From: a virus
Lineage: Duplodnaviria; Caudoviricetes
IMG/VR virus record: IMGVR_UViG_3300022670_000534
Location: 1 to 34,973 of that record
Length of the DNA stretch: 34,973 nucleotides
Reading direction: 5' to 3' (one strand)
A program made the position numbers and the translations under genes. The notes under the pieces are model-generated. The model worked only from the letters and a program-made list of their open reading frames with translations. It was not told the DNA's origin and made no database searches. Below, one piece after another: positions 34,330 to 34,973 of this stretch. Each line of letters opens with the position of its first letter. The first letter of the stretch is position 1.

Positions 34330-34380
34330 TGAATGTAGTTCGCTTTCTACCAACCTTTTGGTTACATGGCGGTCAAGCCT
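34330..34380 (-). repeat. bipartite motif copy 2 (AGGCTTGACCGCC...AACTACATTCA)
   Basis: Matches 27618-27669. Confidence 0.6.
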
Positions 34381-34404
34381 CAACGATATTTGTTTTACAG
34401 ACAC

Positions 34405-34538
34405 AAAAAAGGATACTTAAGGAACATGTAACCTCCGTTGAAGAGGGGGTGAAATCAGTTGATAGAAAGCCCACCAAAGATTACACGTTTCTTAAATACC
34501 CTTTTCAACTAATTTCAATCAAGTGGTCTTCACGCCAC
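34405..34538 (-). terminator. attenuator-like leader with 27-bp stem and U6 tract
   Basis: 34501-34475 pairs with 34437-34411 (6 G-U, 1 mismatch on the minus strand), then TTTTTT; alternative pairings present. Confidence 0.7.
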
Positions 34539-34544
34539 AAATCA

Positions 34545-34553
34545 ATTATAACA
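34545..34553 (-). promoter_or_regulatory. extended -10 promoter
   Basis: TGTTATAAT (TGn-TATAAT) immediately upstream of the structured leader. Confidence 0.6.
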
Positions 34554-34575
34554 AATTTTTATATTAATGGAACTG

Positions 34576-34806
34576 CTAATTTGCATATCCGTGTGGCGCT
34601 TCTTCTCCATACACTTTTTTAATGGTTTCTTTTGAATAAAGATACTTATGTTCTAAATCTGCCTCATCAAGTTCAGCCACTGTTTTCTTTTCAGTATTGG
34701 CATGTTTAGATTCCCAGCACAGAATATCACCGTGCCAGCAACTCGCCCTACCACATTCGGCGCAAACCTCAACTAATCGTTTTTGTTCATGCATACTCAT
34801 CACCAA
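34576..34806 (-). CDS. small Cys-containing hypothetical protein
   Basis: VCAECGRASCWHG-x-x-x-C motif; the start is probably an internal Met. Confidence 0.65.
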   Translation of the reverse strand: MVMSMHEQKRLVEVCAECGRASCWHGDILCWESKHANTEKKTVAELDEADLEHKYLYSKETIKKVYGEEAPHGYAN

Positions 34807-34972
34807 CTATATGCACATTAACACCCATGTCAGCACAGACAGAAGTTAAAGCCATTCCTAGTATTTGGCCTTGTGCAATTTTATCGCCGCTATTAAAGGC
34901 TTCTGCGAATCTTTCCCGCACTTCAATTGGCATTATTTTTCCACCATTACAACAGCTAAAATCAGGACAACA
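34787..34972 (-). CDS. 3' part of hypothetical protein (truncated by window)
   Basis: Open frame CCPDFSCC...VGDEYA to TGA at 34787-34789. Confidence 0.55.
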   Translation of the reverse strand, partial: CCPDFSCCNGGKIMPIEVRERFAEAFNSGDKIAQGQILGMALTSVCADMGVNVHIVGDEYA

Positions 34973-34973
34973 T

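Noticed and set aside
34323-34622. 99-aa + strand ORF across the leader
   Set aside because: No motifs, opposite to all neighbours, and the region is better explained by minus-strand RNA structure.
1-34973. CRISPR array, IS element, integrase/att site, diversity-generating retroelement or genome-wide stop-codon reassignment
   Set aside because: No repeat-spacer array, transposase, integrase or reverse transcriptase was seen; core genes are intact under the standard code and TAA, TAG and TGA all serve as stops.

Overview
This window is most of an AT-rich, P22-like podovirus genome; the host is probably a marine gammaproteobacterium (inference). Positions 1-2808 are a short + strand block: DEDDh exonuclease, a membrane-anchored acyl carrier protein, an RHH-like protein and a lysozyme-like protein. 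Positions 2805-34973 run on the - strand. In transcription order they hold a structured non-coding leader, metallophosphoesterase, replication-type protein, HNH nuclease, C5 methyltransferase with a nested second-subunit ORF, NinB/NinX/NinG-like genes, a probable late promoter, membrane/holin genes, Ntn peptidase and a fibre-like module. These are followed by TerS, TerL, portal, scaffold, coat, decoration protein, a PSBD protein, gp4/gp10/gp26-like tail genes, four small beta-rich proteins, an AspH-like hydroxylase, a GNAT, three ejection proteins and a tailspike. No integrase or repressor is visible. The most striking unexplained element is a D-arm-less, CCA-ended tRNA-like gene (26599-26668). 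Its 8-nt anticodon loop (AU-UUCA-AC) is complementary to a UGAA inside an SD-led mini-ORF just downstream, which reaches Asp-Pro-Pro-stop only if UGAA is read as four bases. It belongs to a set of tRNA-like or attenuator RNAs that share short motifs. All family assignments come from motif recognition by eye; no database searches or folding programs were run.
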